Shown here piece by piece: positions 38,413-51,300 of a stretch of DNA of 64,000 bases (within the stretch, counting starts at the first letter, position 1; every line of letters starts with the position of its first letter). The DNA is taken from NCBI GenBank assembly GCA_013265495.1, contig MU057887.1:3871668-3935667 (forward strand), in the 5' to 3' direction. Source of the DNA: Vicugna vicugna. Taxonomy: Eukaryota. Under the pieces are notes generated by a model. The model was not told where the DNA came from, did not search any database, and worked only from the letters and a program-made list of their open reading frames with translations. The translations under genes and the position numbers were made by a program.

Positions 38413-41132
38413 AGGAAACCAGAAGGGGGAGGTGCGGGTGGCGGGTAGCCTAGAATAAGAAAGGAAGCAGGGTCCCAATCTCAGCCACTCGCATGAGTTC
38501 GGCCACGTCCTGAGCCACCCCCGATCTCAGTTTCCTCTCTGGGAGCCGGCGTTGGTCAGCAGTGCCGGATGTCCCCTCCCCCAGTAGTCGCCCCGCCCGG
38601 GCCTCCTCCAGGCTCGCGCTGGGAGCGCCTTTCCCGGCCGTGCGAAGCAGGCCGAGGTTTTGTGTGGAGTTAATGGAGCTTCAGCTAAAGCAGGGGGAAG
38701 AGGCGGGAGGGAGCGCCGGGCCGTGGGAACCGGCCGCGCGCCGGGGGAGGAGCGGCCTTTGTCTGCGCCTTGGCTGGGTGGGACTCGCTGCGTTTCCATG
38801 GCGACTGGCCGCCCTTTCCCCGCATGCCCGCTCCTCTCTCCCACACCGGGGCAGGGGTGTCTGTCTACCCAAGGGAGCCAGCCTCGGCAGGCCTTCCCCC
38901 ACGGCTCCCCTGAAATCCCAGCCGTGAGTGGTCAGAGCAGAGCAGAGAAGCGCGGCCTCCGTGCCAGGCACAACCTTCACAGTGTTGACCATTAAGCAAA
39001 CCTGCCCTGGGCACAGGGAAGCCCAGGCAGACAGGTCTCAGCCAGGTTGCCCTCTGGGGTTGAGTGGGTGTAATACTGCAGGGGAGTAACCGGGAGAGTC
39101 AGAGCCTGGCAGGTGGAGCCGGGCAGAGCTTCCAGACAGTCCTGACTTTAGAACGGAAAGGAGGGTGGTGGCCGTGGGTGCAGGGCTGCGGCTGGCTGGG
39201 CAGGGCCACCCATGGGATTTCAGATATTTGTTCTCACTGCGCTGCGCGTTCTCAGTGTCATCTTGCAGGGAGGTGAGGAAGACTGGGCCAGGAGCACGGG
39301 TGGCAGGCCCTGCAGGTGCGAGGATGGGGCACGGATGGCGGTGATGCAGAAGAGCTGCCTATGAGCCCTGAACCCTGGGCCCCGCCCCAGCCTCATCGTT
39401 TGCCACTCTCTACTGTGATTGCCTGCCATCCCTAAATACTAAGATCCCACCCTGACTCCATGTCCATTGTCCCTTCTTCAGAGGTCCAGGCCACCCCCTT
39501 TCTGGCCTTGCACTGGCCTCCTGCACTTCTGAGGTCAGAATGAATGCCCTAAAACGCTGTCTGGCTGTGTCACAGGGGCCACGTGACCGGGGGTGGTTCA
39601 TGCTCTTAGCAGGCAAGCAGGGTGTGGTCTTGCACTGTCTTCTGCAACCTGGAAGGAAAGGCCGTCAGGGCCGCCTGCCCCTCTGCCCCTGCCTTTCCCC
39701 AGTCCCACCACTTTGGGAGGAAAATGGGAAGTGGAAACAGAGGGACAGTCACCCCTTGGTTTCTCAGCATTCTGACCACTCAAGGCTGGCCTGTCCACCC
39801 TCTGCACCCAACATCCATGCCCAGTTTCACCCCTTCACTGGTCCTGTGGAAGGACAGCTCCCTGCCCCCATTCACAATCTTGTGCTCCAAAGGGGGAGGG
39901 GACCCCACCTGTTGGACCGGCACCAAGGGGCGGTCTCAGGTCTCACAGACTCTTCCCCATTTTCACGCCTGGCTGCCAGTGGGGAGGAGGCAGTAGTGGC
40001 CTACAGGGGTTCAGACTAGAAACCAGGCCTCCAGCTTCCCACTTATCTTGCCCGCCAGGGACAACACTCCCAGACTGCGCCACCCCGGTTCTGGTTTTGC
40101 AGTTCTTTGTTCAGATTTCCTGACTAGCTGGGCCTCTGTGAAGGGGGAAACCTAGTGTGGGCCATGGCACAGTCTTTTCAGGGGTCCCTGGGGTGCAGAT
40201 GTCAGTTGTTGGCCTTGTACCCCTTCCAGGTGTGAGATACTTACTCTTGTTCATTGTGGCTTGAAATTGGCTGCCCCCGTACAGGGTGACATATGACTGA
40301 GGCTGAGCCCACTGAGACAGCCACAGTGGCTTGCCCCAAGTAGAGGAGACACAGGCTGGGGTTGCCTGCCACCAGCAACTCCAATGCCTGAGAATAAAGC
40401 AGAACATGTTGGGAAGCAGGTCACATGAAACCCAGATATGTGAGCACCTGGATCCAGCCGTATCTGAAGCTGGGCCTTCACTTCCTTGTTATGGAGTCGC
40501 TAAATCCCTCTTCTGCTAGGGTCAGTATTCTTGGAGCACAAGAGCTCTCTCAGAGAAGGCCATTTCTGCGCCTTTACTGCTGTGTCCCCAGTGCCCAGGA
40601 CAAGACATGTTGAATGAACAAGTGACAAGCCCAACACACTCATGTTGCATGTGTGTATGCACATATGTGCTCATGGCACGTGTGCTTGATGGCCACAGGG
40701 TGGCACATCTCTCATGGCTCCTGCCTTGCGTGCAACTTGGGGATTGGGAGCAATCCCCCTCCCCTATTGCTTGACTCTGAGACAGCCCCCTCCCTCCCAC
40801 ATCACCAAACTTGCCCCTCGCCCTCAGGTACACAACCCTTGGATCCTACTTATGTCCTGAGTCATCCTGGGATGGTTCATGGGACCCAGGAGCCAACCCT
40901 AATGGCCCCACAGCCTTGAGCAGGGAGATACAGGGCCCTCTCACCAGGAGCCACCCATGCCCAGTGGGGGCTACACACAGTAGGGGCTTACTAAATGTGT
41001 GCTAGGTGGACCAAACCTGTGAGGTTCAGGAAGGTCCCTGAGAGCTCAAGTTCCAGAGAGCTCATGCCATGCCCACCCCTGCCACCAGGGGCTCCCAGCA
41101 GCCCAGCCCAAGAGGAAGGGAAGACAAGGATG

Positions 41133-41151
41133 CAGCCACCAGATGGCGCCC
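41133..41151 (+). promoter_or_regulatory. Candidate CTCF site between the PLXNB2 3' end and the MAPK11 promoter
   Basis: cagCCACCAGATGGCGCcc closely matches the CTCF core consensus. Confidence 0.55.
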
Positions 41152-42303
41152 AAGCTAGCCCAACCTGCCACCAGGCGGGACTGCCTCCCCGCCCCCTCCA
41201 GAACTACTATCTGCTCCAAGATCGCTTTCAGGCCTGGAGCGCCACCCAGCTCCTCCCCAAATCCCAGACCTCACCTCCCAGCCCTTGACACCACCCTGTT
41301 CTTCTGGGGCAGCAGGGCAGGTGTGGACTGAGCTGATGGCTATGAGCAGGCCTGGCCCAGGGAAGTGAGGGACTGTGAGGTGTGGGATACAAGGCACACA
41401 GGCCCCGAGGGTGAGCTTGTAGGGCAGACAGTGAACAGGAAGGGAGGCCATGAGGACAGGCCCAGGAATGGGGACAAGAGAACAGGGACAGCAGATCCAT
41501 AGCCCTAGGAGGAACCCAGCCAACCAGCAGAGTGAAAAAGACAGCTGTATTTGATTTACAATTAACACGATTTACAAAAAGGGCTGGGGGCTGTCCTGGC
41601 GGAGCTGGTCCTGGCCACCCCAGACCTAGGCAGGGCCTCCAGGTCAGCCTGTCTGACAGGCTGAGACCAGGACCCCAGTCTGCTGGGCCTCTTCTGGCCG
41701 CCTGGGCCTCGACGTCTGACGTCCAGCTTGACCTTTGAGGTGGGGCCTGCAGCACAGAGTCTACTCAGAGTGCCAGCGCCCCGCGGGGCAGGCCAGCGAG
41801 GTCAGGAAGGCATCGTACCGCTTTTCTGCCCCCCATCCTGGCAAGGCAGACAGACACAGTCTGGGCACTAGGTCCTGGGGGCCGCAGGCACTCAGACCCC
41901 GTCCAAAGAGGCCAAACCCAGGTATCTGAGGCGGCTGCTGGTGCTCGAGGAGGGGGGCTGAGGCCCGACTGCCCCCAGCAACCCAGCAGGTCGCCGGGGG
42001 CGTAAGGCACGTTTTCAAAATCACTCAGGAAACTTGACTGGAGACACCTGATGCTGGTTCTGCAGGAGGGAGCTGGTGCTGGTGGGCGCCCGGCACTATT
42101 GCTCAGAAAGATGCTGTGTGGCTAGAAACACTGAGGTTGGGGCTCCCCCGCCGCACACACACTTGGAAGCCCAGGGGCTCTTCCTCTGCTGGAGAGAGAA
42201 GGGCTGAGCTGCTGACTAAGCCTCACTCCCCAGGGGCTGCCCAACACCTGGCACTGGGCAGCACACACCTGTGCCTGAAGACCGTGATGGTGGAGGTTGG
42301 AGA

Positions 42304-45300
42304 TCAGAGGTCGGTGACCTTGTTCTCAAGTGCAGCTGCAATCTGCTGGAGGCGGAAGGCCAGCTGCATCTTCTGGGCGGTGGGATCCTCCTCCAGGGCG
42401 TTGATGATCTTGGGGGCAGGGGGCATCGTGTCAAACCACGGCCGGGGAAGGGGCTGCCTGAGCACTGCCATCCCCGGAGGACCAGACCCCTACCTCATCG
42501 TAGTACTTCTGCGTGTACTGGCAGAGCTGGTGCAGGGCCACGAGGGTGTTCAGGGAGTCCGTGTGTGCCTGGGAGGATGGGGAGGGCTATGTGACCCCAC
42601 GGGCAGGAGGCCGTTCCCCACGGGAGCAGGGAGCTGTGACAGTGGCACACTATCAGAGCACTCAGGCACACAGGGTGCCGTGGACAGACAGACTGCCATC
42701 CACGTAGACACACGGCAAACAGGGCTGGTCCAGAGCAGCTCACAACCTCCCCACCACCCAACCCAGCACACCTGGTCAGACACAGGTGCCAGCCCCTCTG
42801 GTCCCAGCTCTGTTCTCTCTCCTGTAGGCACAGCCTCACCCGGCCCCGCAGTGTGGTCTCCTGCCCCACTCAGAGGAGGCCTTCAGGGCCGGGTGGAGGG
42901 TAACCCCAGGGGTTAGTATGCCCTGTGCCCCCTTACCCGGGAAATCTCTGCCAAGTGTGTGTTCATGTCCTGGTCGCTGACCTGCACCATCTGTCTGATC
43001 CCCTTGTAGTAGCTGTGGAGGAGGGGGAGTTACAAGGAGGGGAGGGTCAGTGGTTCCCAGAAGCAGGACCTGAAGCTACCCCTGGGGCCCTCCTTCTGAT
43101 CACAGCCTGCACCACCCCGGTCCCCTCTGGGTGGGGGTTGAGGGTGGGCAGCCAGGGTCTGGCCAGCGAGGTAGGGGTCACTCACTCCTCCACCATCTTC
43201 TTGTAGGTGGAGATCTCCTTGGCGTAGAGTAGCTTGTTGCTGGGAGAGTCCTGTGGGGGTTGGAGCCAAGTGATGCCTAGGCCAAGATGGCTGGTGCCCC
43301 TACCCTCGGGCCCTCACCTGCTCAGGACACCGAGAGGAAGGGGGGGTGCAAGGGGCAGGGTCCAACTGGGTAGGTGCCCCAGCCCGGCCATAGACCTGAG
43401 AGGAACTCCTTGTGCTTTTGTCATTTTGTAATCTGTAGTAAAACTCACTTTTTCTTTCCCACGGGAGGGGAAGGAGAACAGGGTCCGAGGCTGCCAGATG
43501 GGCCACTCCCCAGGGGACCTCCCAAGCTTTGCCTCCCATAGCCCAGGTACCCCACACCCGCCTCCCTTGTTCCAGCCCCAAATGTGCAGATCCACATCCC
43601 AAACCTCCTGGCATGTCCCAAACTGCCTTCCTCACCCCCATCACAACCATGTTCCCTGCCCCCTCCCGACACTTCCCAGTCCAGCCCTGTTCCCACCACC
43701 CCGTCTAAAGCGCGCACTCACGCGGCTCAGCTTGTGCTCTGTGCGTGTGCAGGCGTCCATGAAGGTCTGCGCGATGACTGACAGGGAGGCATCCACCACC
43801 TCGTGGACATGGACGTCAAAGATGAAATGGGGGTTCTTGAGGATGTTCACCCAGAACCGGAGGGGTAAACTGAGGCAGGACGACAGGACAACAGGGAGTG
43901 AGGGGCCGCTGAGACCCTGGAGCAGGGCGGGCAGTGGGACGGAGCCCCCACCTGTTGGTCTTCCAGATGTGGATGGTGTCCTCATCCTTGATGTCATGCT
44001 TCTCCGCCTGCTCGTCCAAGAAGTCGAAGAAATACTTGACAGCGGGCGGCACGGCGAGCCCAGGCGCTAGCACGCTCTGGAAGAAGTTGTCCACGAACTG
44101 CTGCAGCGTGCCCTGTGGGGCAGGAAGGGGGCTCAGCACGCAGGCCGGTGCCTCCCGGGGCTGCCGCCCACACCCTCCACACCCACCTTGACCGAAAGCA
44201 GGCGCGTCAGGTAGATCTCGGTGATGGCCTTGGTGCGTTCCTTCTCCTTCATGCTGCCACGCTTGGACTTGCCTTCATCCACCTCGTCCGCTGGCCGCAC
44301 GAGGTGCCACACTCGGTTCTCCTCCTCCAGGAGCGCATGGCCTGTGGGGAGCGGGCGGTGGAGGATGAGGGCTGGAGCCCAGGTCCGGGGTCCTGTGCTA
44401 GGCTCAGCAGCTCCCCCCAGATGGCAACCAGGTGGACACTGGCTCACAATGGCCTCCAGAAGCCAGAAAAGTAGGGACAAGAAGAAGGGACTCACGCTCC
44501 CCAGGGAGGTCCTGCTGGCTGTCCTCAGGTTGCTGGGAGACCCCCACCTTGGACAGGATGAGCGTGGCTCCATCCCGGACCTGGGGAACACAGTCATGAG
44601 GGCAGGCCTCCTGCCGCGATCTCAGCAGGAAACCCGGCCCCCCACGCCCGCACTCACGTTGTAGTGCATCAGCGTGTTGATGCGCCTCCAGCGGCCCTCC
44701 CGCTGAGAGGTCAGGTCCAGGTCTGACAGGATCTGGGCTGTGGACCCAGGACGCCACTCTGTGGGAGGACATGGCCCAGCTCCGGGAACCCGGCCACAGA
44801 CTGTCCCACCCGGACTCCCTCTTGCTGACCTCCCACTCAACCCGGCCGACCAGGGTTCCAAAGGCAGCACCCTTCCAGGGCACAGGCACACAGGAACTGC
44901 TCACCGAGGACCACACTGTCAGCCTTGGGCCAGCGGGAGCAAGGCTGCGTGCGGTACACCTGGTCGATGATCTTCTCCTTGACCTGGGAGATGGTGTCAC
45001 AGTTGAGGACCTTGACGGGGATGGGATCGACCCCTTCATCCTGGATGATCACGTTCACTGTCTGCCAGGGGTGACAATGACAGGCCAGTTGGGGACGGCC
45101 CCTTGCCCTCACTTGCCACAGACGCAGGAGCAGCCTTGGGCCTCCTCTGATGGCTACACCCTCAGGTTGGCAAGGCAGGGGAGGGGGTATAGGTCCTGAG
45201 CCCTCCCAGCACCCAGGGCCTGACCCTGTGCTGCCTGGCCTGGCTCAGCAGGACAGATGGCAGAGGAACAGCTCAGGGGACTGCTCGCTCCCAGGTATCA

Positions 45301-48300
45301 CATGATACACAGTTATCACGGGAGCGCACGCACAGACCACATGGCCCAGACAGCCCGGCCTCCCCCGGAACCCAGTGCTCTGGTGTCTCGTGGCCCCGCC
45401 CTGTGCCCAGTGAGCATGCGCTCACCACCACACACTTGGTGTGCCCAGGTCCCACACATGCTGCAGCAGGCCAGGCACCCAGGAGGCAGATGGCTTGGGG
45501 TCATGACACTTACAGCCTCTCTAAGGACCAAGCCTGCTGAGGTGCCAGGACCCGGACCCCCCTGGACACGACTGGGCCCAGCACAAGGAAATATGTTCTC
45601 ATGCAAGTCCATGAAGGAGGTGAAACGAGCACAGCTTCTGGTCGGGAGGCTGGCCTGGAGCCTGGCCCTGAGGTCTCCCAGCAGCCCACCTGGCCCCAGG
45701 CGCTCACCAGGGGTGCGTACTCCACGTCGTCCCCTAGCAGCCCCGTGTCATTGAGGGTGTACTTGGCTTTCTTCTGCACGGCGTCCACTGGCCCCTTCTC
45801 CACCTGATGCTTGATGGCCTTGAAGAGCTTGTAAAGCGGCTCGCCAGCGCTGTCCTGGAGCAACGCAGGGTAGCGGAGCCTTGGACGGGACTGACCCATG
45901 CCAGGGCAGGGAGCAAACCCATCCAGGTGGACACAGGGGGTGGACTTTGTGGGCTACAGTGCCACCTCACCCCACCCCACCCCACAGCTAGGCCTGTGAA
46001 ACCCACCTTGAGATACTGGTACAGGCAGATAGACATCCAGTTAGACAGCATCCTCTCCACCACCGTCTCAGACCTGGAGGTGCAGACGCCTTGAACTGAG
46101 CAACCCTTCAGTGCCCCTAGGACCAGCCTGCTCTTCCAAGTACCCAGACCACTTCCATTTGCAGCCCAGCCTCCACCCAGGCCCTGGGCCTCCACTGGGA
46201 TGTACACTACAGCCTGCAGTGACCAAACTCCCAGGTCCCCGAGGGTGGCCATTTCATCCTTCTCCCCATCCTACAGAGGGCCGATGACAATGGAGCTAGT
46301 GACCAGCAAGGACCACCTGCTAGAAGGGACGCTACTCCTGCCTCCCCCCTCCCCACTCACTTGCACTGGCGGCACCAGCCCGCAAACCAGGTACACAGAC
46401 AAGCCCGTGTCACCTCACTGCCACCCCCGCGGCCTCTGCCCTTCCCCACACACCTGCGCAGCATCAGCTTAGGGTTCTTGGCCACCACGTACTGCTCCAT
46501 GAGCTCCAGGAAGAGCGTGCGCATGATGTCCGTGTAGTACTCCAGCTTCCCGTGCAGAGCCACAGTCAGCAGCGACGCAAAGTAGACCTTGGCACGGGCT
46601 GAGAACTCACGCTGGTTCTCCAGGGTGTGGATGAACTACAGGGGCGCGGGTCGGAGCCCATCAGGCACAGAGGGCAGCGTCCCCAAGCTGCGAGCTCCGC
46701 TCAGCTCTGCTTGCCCCAGACACCTCGCCCTCTTGTAGCCCTGCTCCGCGATCCCCGCCCCGCCATGGAGCCCCGCCCCCCGTGACATCACAGTCCCGCC
46801 CCGCTCACGTTGATGAGGAAGCATTTGCTGTTGAGCAGATTGGAGAACTGGTAGAGCGCCTGCTCCACGACCTGCCGCCGTGACTCAGGGATGTCCAGCT
46901 TGCCCGTGATCATCACATCCTTGTCGCCGTCCTTCGAGGGCAGGAAGAAGACGCGGTCGGTGTAGGTCTTGTAGTCCAGCACGGGGATGCCCGCCTCGTG
47001 CACGTCGTTCGTCTGGTCCTCCATCTCGATCATCAGGTCTGGGGGGAGGCCGGGGTGAGGCGTCTGGGCCCCGCCCTCCTCCGCCCCTCCCGGCCCTCCT
47101 CCAGCGCTCCAGCCCGAGCCCACTGGACCCCCACCCGTGAACTCCTTCTTGCAGCGGTCTCGCACGCTCTCCTCCAAGCCCTCCAGCTGGGACTTGATCT
47201 TCTCGTACTCGCGCTCCGCCTGCTGGCTCTTCCTCCTGGGGGCACAGGGAAGCTCCTGGGACCTGGCCTGGGTTGTGCCCGCTGGTGGGTGTGGCCAGAG
47301 GGGCTGAGGCTACGGGGGAGGGGCTCACCAGTAGCAGTAGACAGACACAGCGATGACAGCCACCATGGGCACGATGACCAGTGGCAGGATGAGGCTGAGT
47401 GGCACATCACTCACACGCGTGTCATACTCCACGCGGCCCAGCACCCACTCCCTGGAGCCAAACTTCACCTGCATTGAGAGGTGGACTGAGCAAGGGCAGA
47501 TGTGTGGCTAGGACCAGGAAAACCCAGAGCCACCACTAACACACCTCCAATGCTCCCCACGCCCTCCTCCCTGGCCGGGCTCAGCCCTGGCGCCTCCCCT
47601 ACCCGACACGCACAATGAACTCAGGCAGGTTGTGGGTCGTGTCCCGCTTCTGCCGCCGCTTGGGGGGAGGCTGCACCTCCGGGGGCTCACAGTACAGATC
47701 CGTCTCTGTCAGCGTCTTCATGATGCAGCGCTCGGCACCCACGAAGGCCTCAGCCTCGTGAAGAGTCATTGCCTTGTTCAGATTAGTGCCCTGTGGGAGA
47801 GGGGGGTCACAGTGACCAGGGGCAGGCAGGGCTGCCTGGACGAGCTCAGCCCAGACCCCGAGCTGCTCCCCTACACATGCCCGCTCAGGGCCTGACCCCG
47901 GGGGGCTGCGCTGGTCCTCACCCGGGCGTGGATGAGCTTGTTGACCTGCTTCTTGACGCCCCCAGTGAAGTTCTCGAAGGTGGGGTCGGCGACGTACTCA
48001 AAGGCACCAGCCTCGGTCCTGAGCAGGGCGCGGTGCCCATCCATCTGAACAAGTGCTGTGAGGTTGTAGGCCTCGGGCTCCTCGGGGACGGCCGGGGACA
48101 GGAACACAACCCTGGAGTCGTTGTAGAGCACATACTCCGTGCCCACCACCTAGGAGCCGAGGCAGGGCGGTGAGGCTCCTGGCACAGGCCGCACCCCTCT
48201 GACACGCTCCCCGCAGCCAGCACCGGGACTGACCGTCACGGGCTGCAGGGGCCCGGCCTCCCGCCGCCGCTGCCAGGACGGCAGGGGCTCGGCTATGACC

Positions 48301-51300
48301 ACCATGGCGAACCGCTGGATCAGGCTGAAGCCTTGCCCGGTGACGTTGATGCTCCGGCCACCACTGGGGGACAGGGAGGGGCACCTGAGTGGGCATGACT
48401 GGGCCAAGGAGGTGCCCAGCCAGCTTCAGAGCAGGTGCCCTGCAAGGCGCTGTCTCATCAGCTCCCCAACTCAACTCTGGCCACGTGGTGGCTTGCAGAG
48501 CACGGGGCATGGAGTCCCCAACCCCACCCTGCTTTGGGGCACACATGCAGGTCTGTGTGAGCCCAGCCTGCTGCAGGGTTTGGATGTGCTCAGAGCTGGT
48601 GACAGGACAGCCGCCGTGGACTGTCAGAAGCTGAACAAAGGGGTTTCTAGGGGGCAGTTGATTTGGGGGTACACTGGGGACTTTTGGAGGCCTCCTGCCA
48701 CCCAGACCAGCTGCACCACATTTTCTTTCACAAGCCCAGTGGGCAAAGGGTGCCCCAGAAGTAGCTGGATGGGGCGGGTGTAGCAGGCAGTGTGGGAGTG
48801 GGGGCGCCTGCCGGGGGGGAGGGAGCGGCCACACCTGACAAAGCTCCGCAGCGGCTCGAAGGCCCGCAGCACGGGGTTCTCACGGTAGGTGAAGGTGACG
48901 CCAGCGCTTTCCACCTCGGAGCCCCCGTAGGAAATCTTCAGGGACAGCTCTCCCGGGACCAGCTGGGGGCCGGTGACACACTGGAGCTGCACCCCAAACT
49001 GCGTCCTGTGGGTGGGGATTGCCAGTCAACATCTACCCAACCCTGGGACCAACCAGTCCCAGGCCGGGGGTCTGTTCAGGACAGAGGAGCATTTGAGGTG
49101 TGTGCCATGGCCAGAGGGCCCCCACCCGGTCCCCAGGACCAGGGCAGATGAGGGATTCACCAGCCTGTGGGCGACACCCACACTTTACAAGGGACGTCGT
49201 TGAGGGTCACCCGCACATCTTCCTCAGAGCCTGTGTCCAGATGGGTACCGTTGATGGTCAGAGTGGTGCCGCCCGCCTGTGGCCCCTGCTTTGGCTCCAC
49301 ACTGAGGGGCTGGGGCTGCTAGAAGGGCGACAGGTGTGTTTGGCTTAGGGTAGGGGCAGCAGGGCTGCTGCCCTTCCTCCCTCCCAGGCCTTGACAGGCA
49401 ACAAATGTGGTCAGAAGGAGGCAGGGGCACAGCCTGGCCATCCCACAAGTCAGCCTGGGGCCCTCCAAGGCCAGATCCCATCCACATCTCCCACCAACCT
49501 GTGAGGCCCACCTGGGCCCCCAGACCAGGTACTTACCTGGTAGGTGAACTGGACGTGGGGAGGCGAGTGGCCGAGCTTCCCGCTGACGTCCACTTCGATG
49601 CCCCCTGTGCAGGGCTCCTTTGCAGCCTCAATGGCACACACAATCCTAGGCAGGGGGCGGGCAAGCGGCTCACTCTAGGGCCTCCCCAGGCCCTAGCGGA
49701 CTGGCACATCAGCAGGTGTGCAAACCCTGGGCACCCATACACCTGGACCACGTCCTTCCTCTCCACCCCCGGTCACCTGGCCCCCCCGGGGTACAGACTG
49801 GCCTAGCCACTGGGGCCTGGCTGTGGGCTGTCCACTCACCGGGTGGACACAGAGTACCGTTCCGGCTCAAAGGCGCAGGTGCGGCCAGCCACAGTGACCC
49901 TCTTCACGTCGTCCGCTCTGACCCCCAAATTTGACCCAAGGATAGTGATGCGGATGCCCCCGCCCAGCGGGCCGGTCTCAGGCTGGATCTGAAATTGGCA
50001 GAGCCCAGCTGACCGGGGGCCTGGTGGGCTGGGATGTGCGGGTAGGCTGGAGCCCTGGAGTCCCTCCCCGCAGGGGCAGGGAGGGCGGCTCACCCTGGTG
50101 ATGACGGGCGGTGGGCACTCGGAGGTGACGCTGCTGCACAGGGCCTCATACACGCACCTGCCCTGCCCGCCACACCACACACACTTGTAGGCAGGGTCGG
50201 CGGCCAGGCACAGGCTGCAGTCGCTGCGGCCGAAGGAGCAGTTGTACAGCGTGACTGTCGGGGGAGAAGCTGGCAGTCGGCAGGGCCGCCCTGCTCCCCA
50301 CACCCCACAGCCCGGCTGCCTCCCTACCCACCTTGGAGCTTGCTGTCGATATTCTTGCCGTGGGACTTGACATACAGATGCAGGGGCAGTGTCTCGTTGG
50401 CGTCATAGGACAGCTGGGGGACACATGGGGACATGCTGCACTCCCTGCTCCCACCCAACCCCCAGAGGGTGACCACCACACCCACAATGGCCAGTGCTGT
50501 CCTCTAACGGCCAAGGGGCAGCGAGGGGAGGACTCCAGGAAGCTGGAAGCTGGACTCTCAGAGCTACAAAGGATTATGTTGATTCGAGGGAGATGGGAGG
50601 ACACAGGGCTGCTCTGAGGTCACACCTGCTTGGCTGGCTGCCACTGCTTCCTCGGCAGGGCGGCATGGTGAGCCTCCCCCTGGCCCGACCCTTGGGGTCC
50701 AGCAGCCTGGCCTGCCCACCCTGAAAGCCATACCTTTGGGGTCTGAAAGTAGAAGGTTCCTGGCTCCTGAATGATGACTGGCTCCTCAAACTTGAGCAGG
50801 TCACTGCCTACATGCAGGGAGGAGCCCTGCCAGACAGGCTGGTCAGGATATCCTGGACAGGCCAGCCCGTCCCACATGCCCACCCCAGGCCCCACACAGC
50901 TCCCAGGTCAGCTCAGGCACTCTCATCCCAGCTGACTGCTCGGCCACTCCCGGACAGGCCACAGCATGGTCAACCCCAAGCTCACAGCCCTGCTCTGTCC
51001 CCTCCTAATCTCTCTGTCTCCTTTCTGCCTATGTTCTCGAGGCCCGTCCGAATGCCCTAGTGCCCTCCCAGACCTCCCTGACTCCTCCATGTGCTGGGTC
51101 CTGAGCCAGGGGAAGCCTGGGTGGGGCCCCAGCATGCAGCTCCTGGTTGCAGGAGGATGCTCTGAACTAGCCCCACAGCTCTCCATCAGCCAGGCAGCAC
51201 GGCCCCTGCTGGGACCCCCATGCCTGCCTGCACCGGTCAGTCCCTGTCCCCAGGCTGGGGTCCCACAGACTGCCCACCTTCACTGTGTCCAGGTTCTTGC

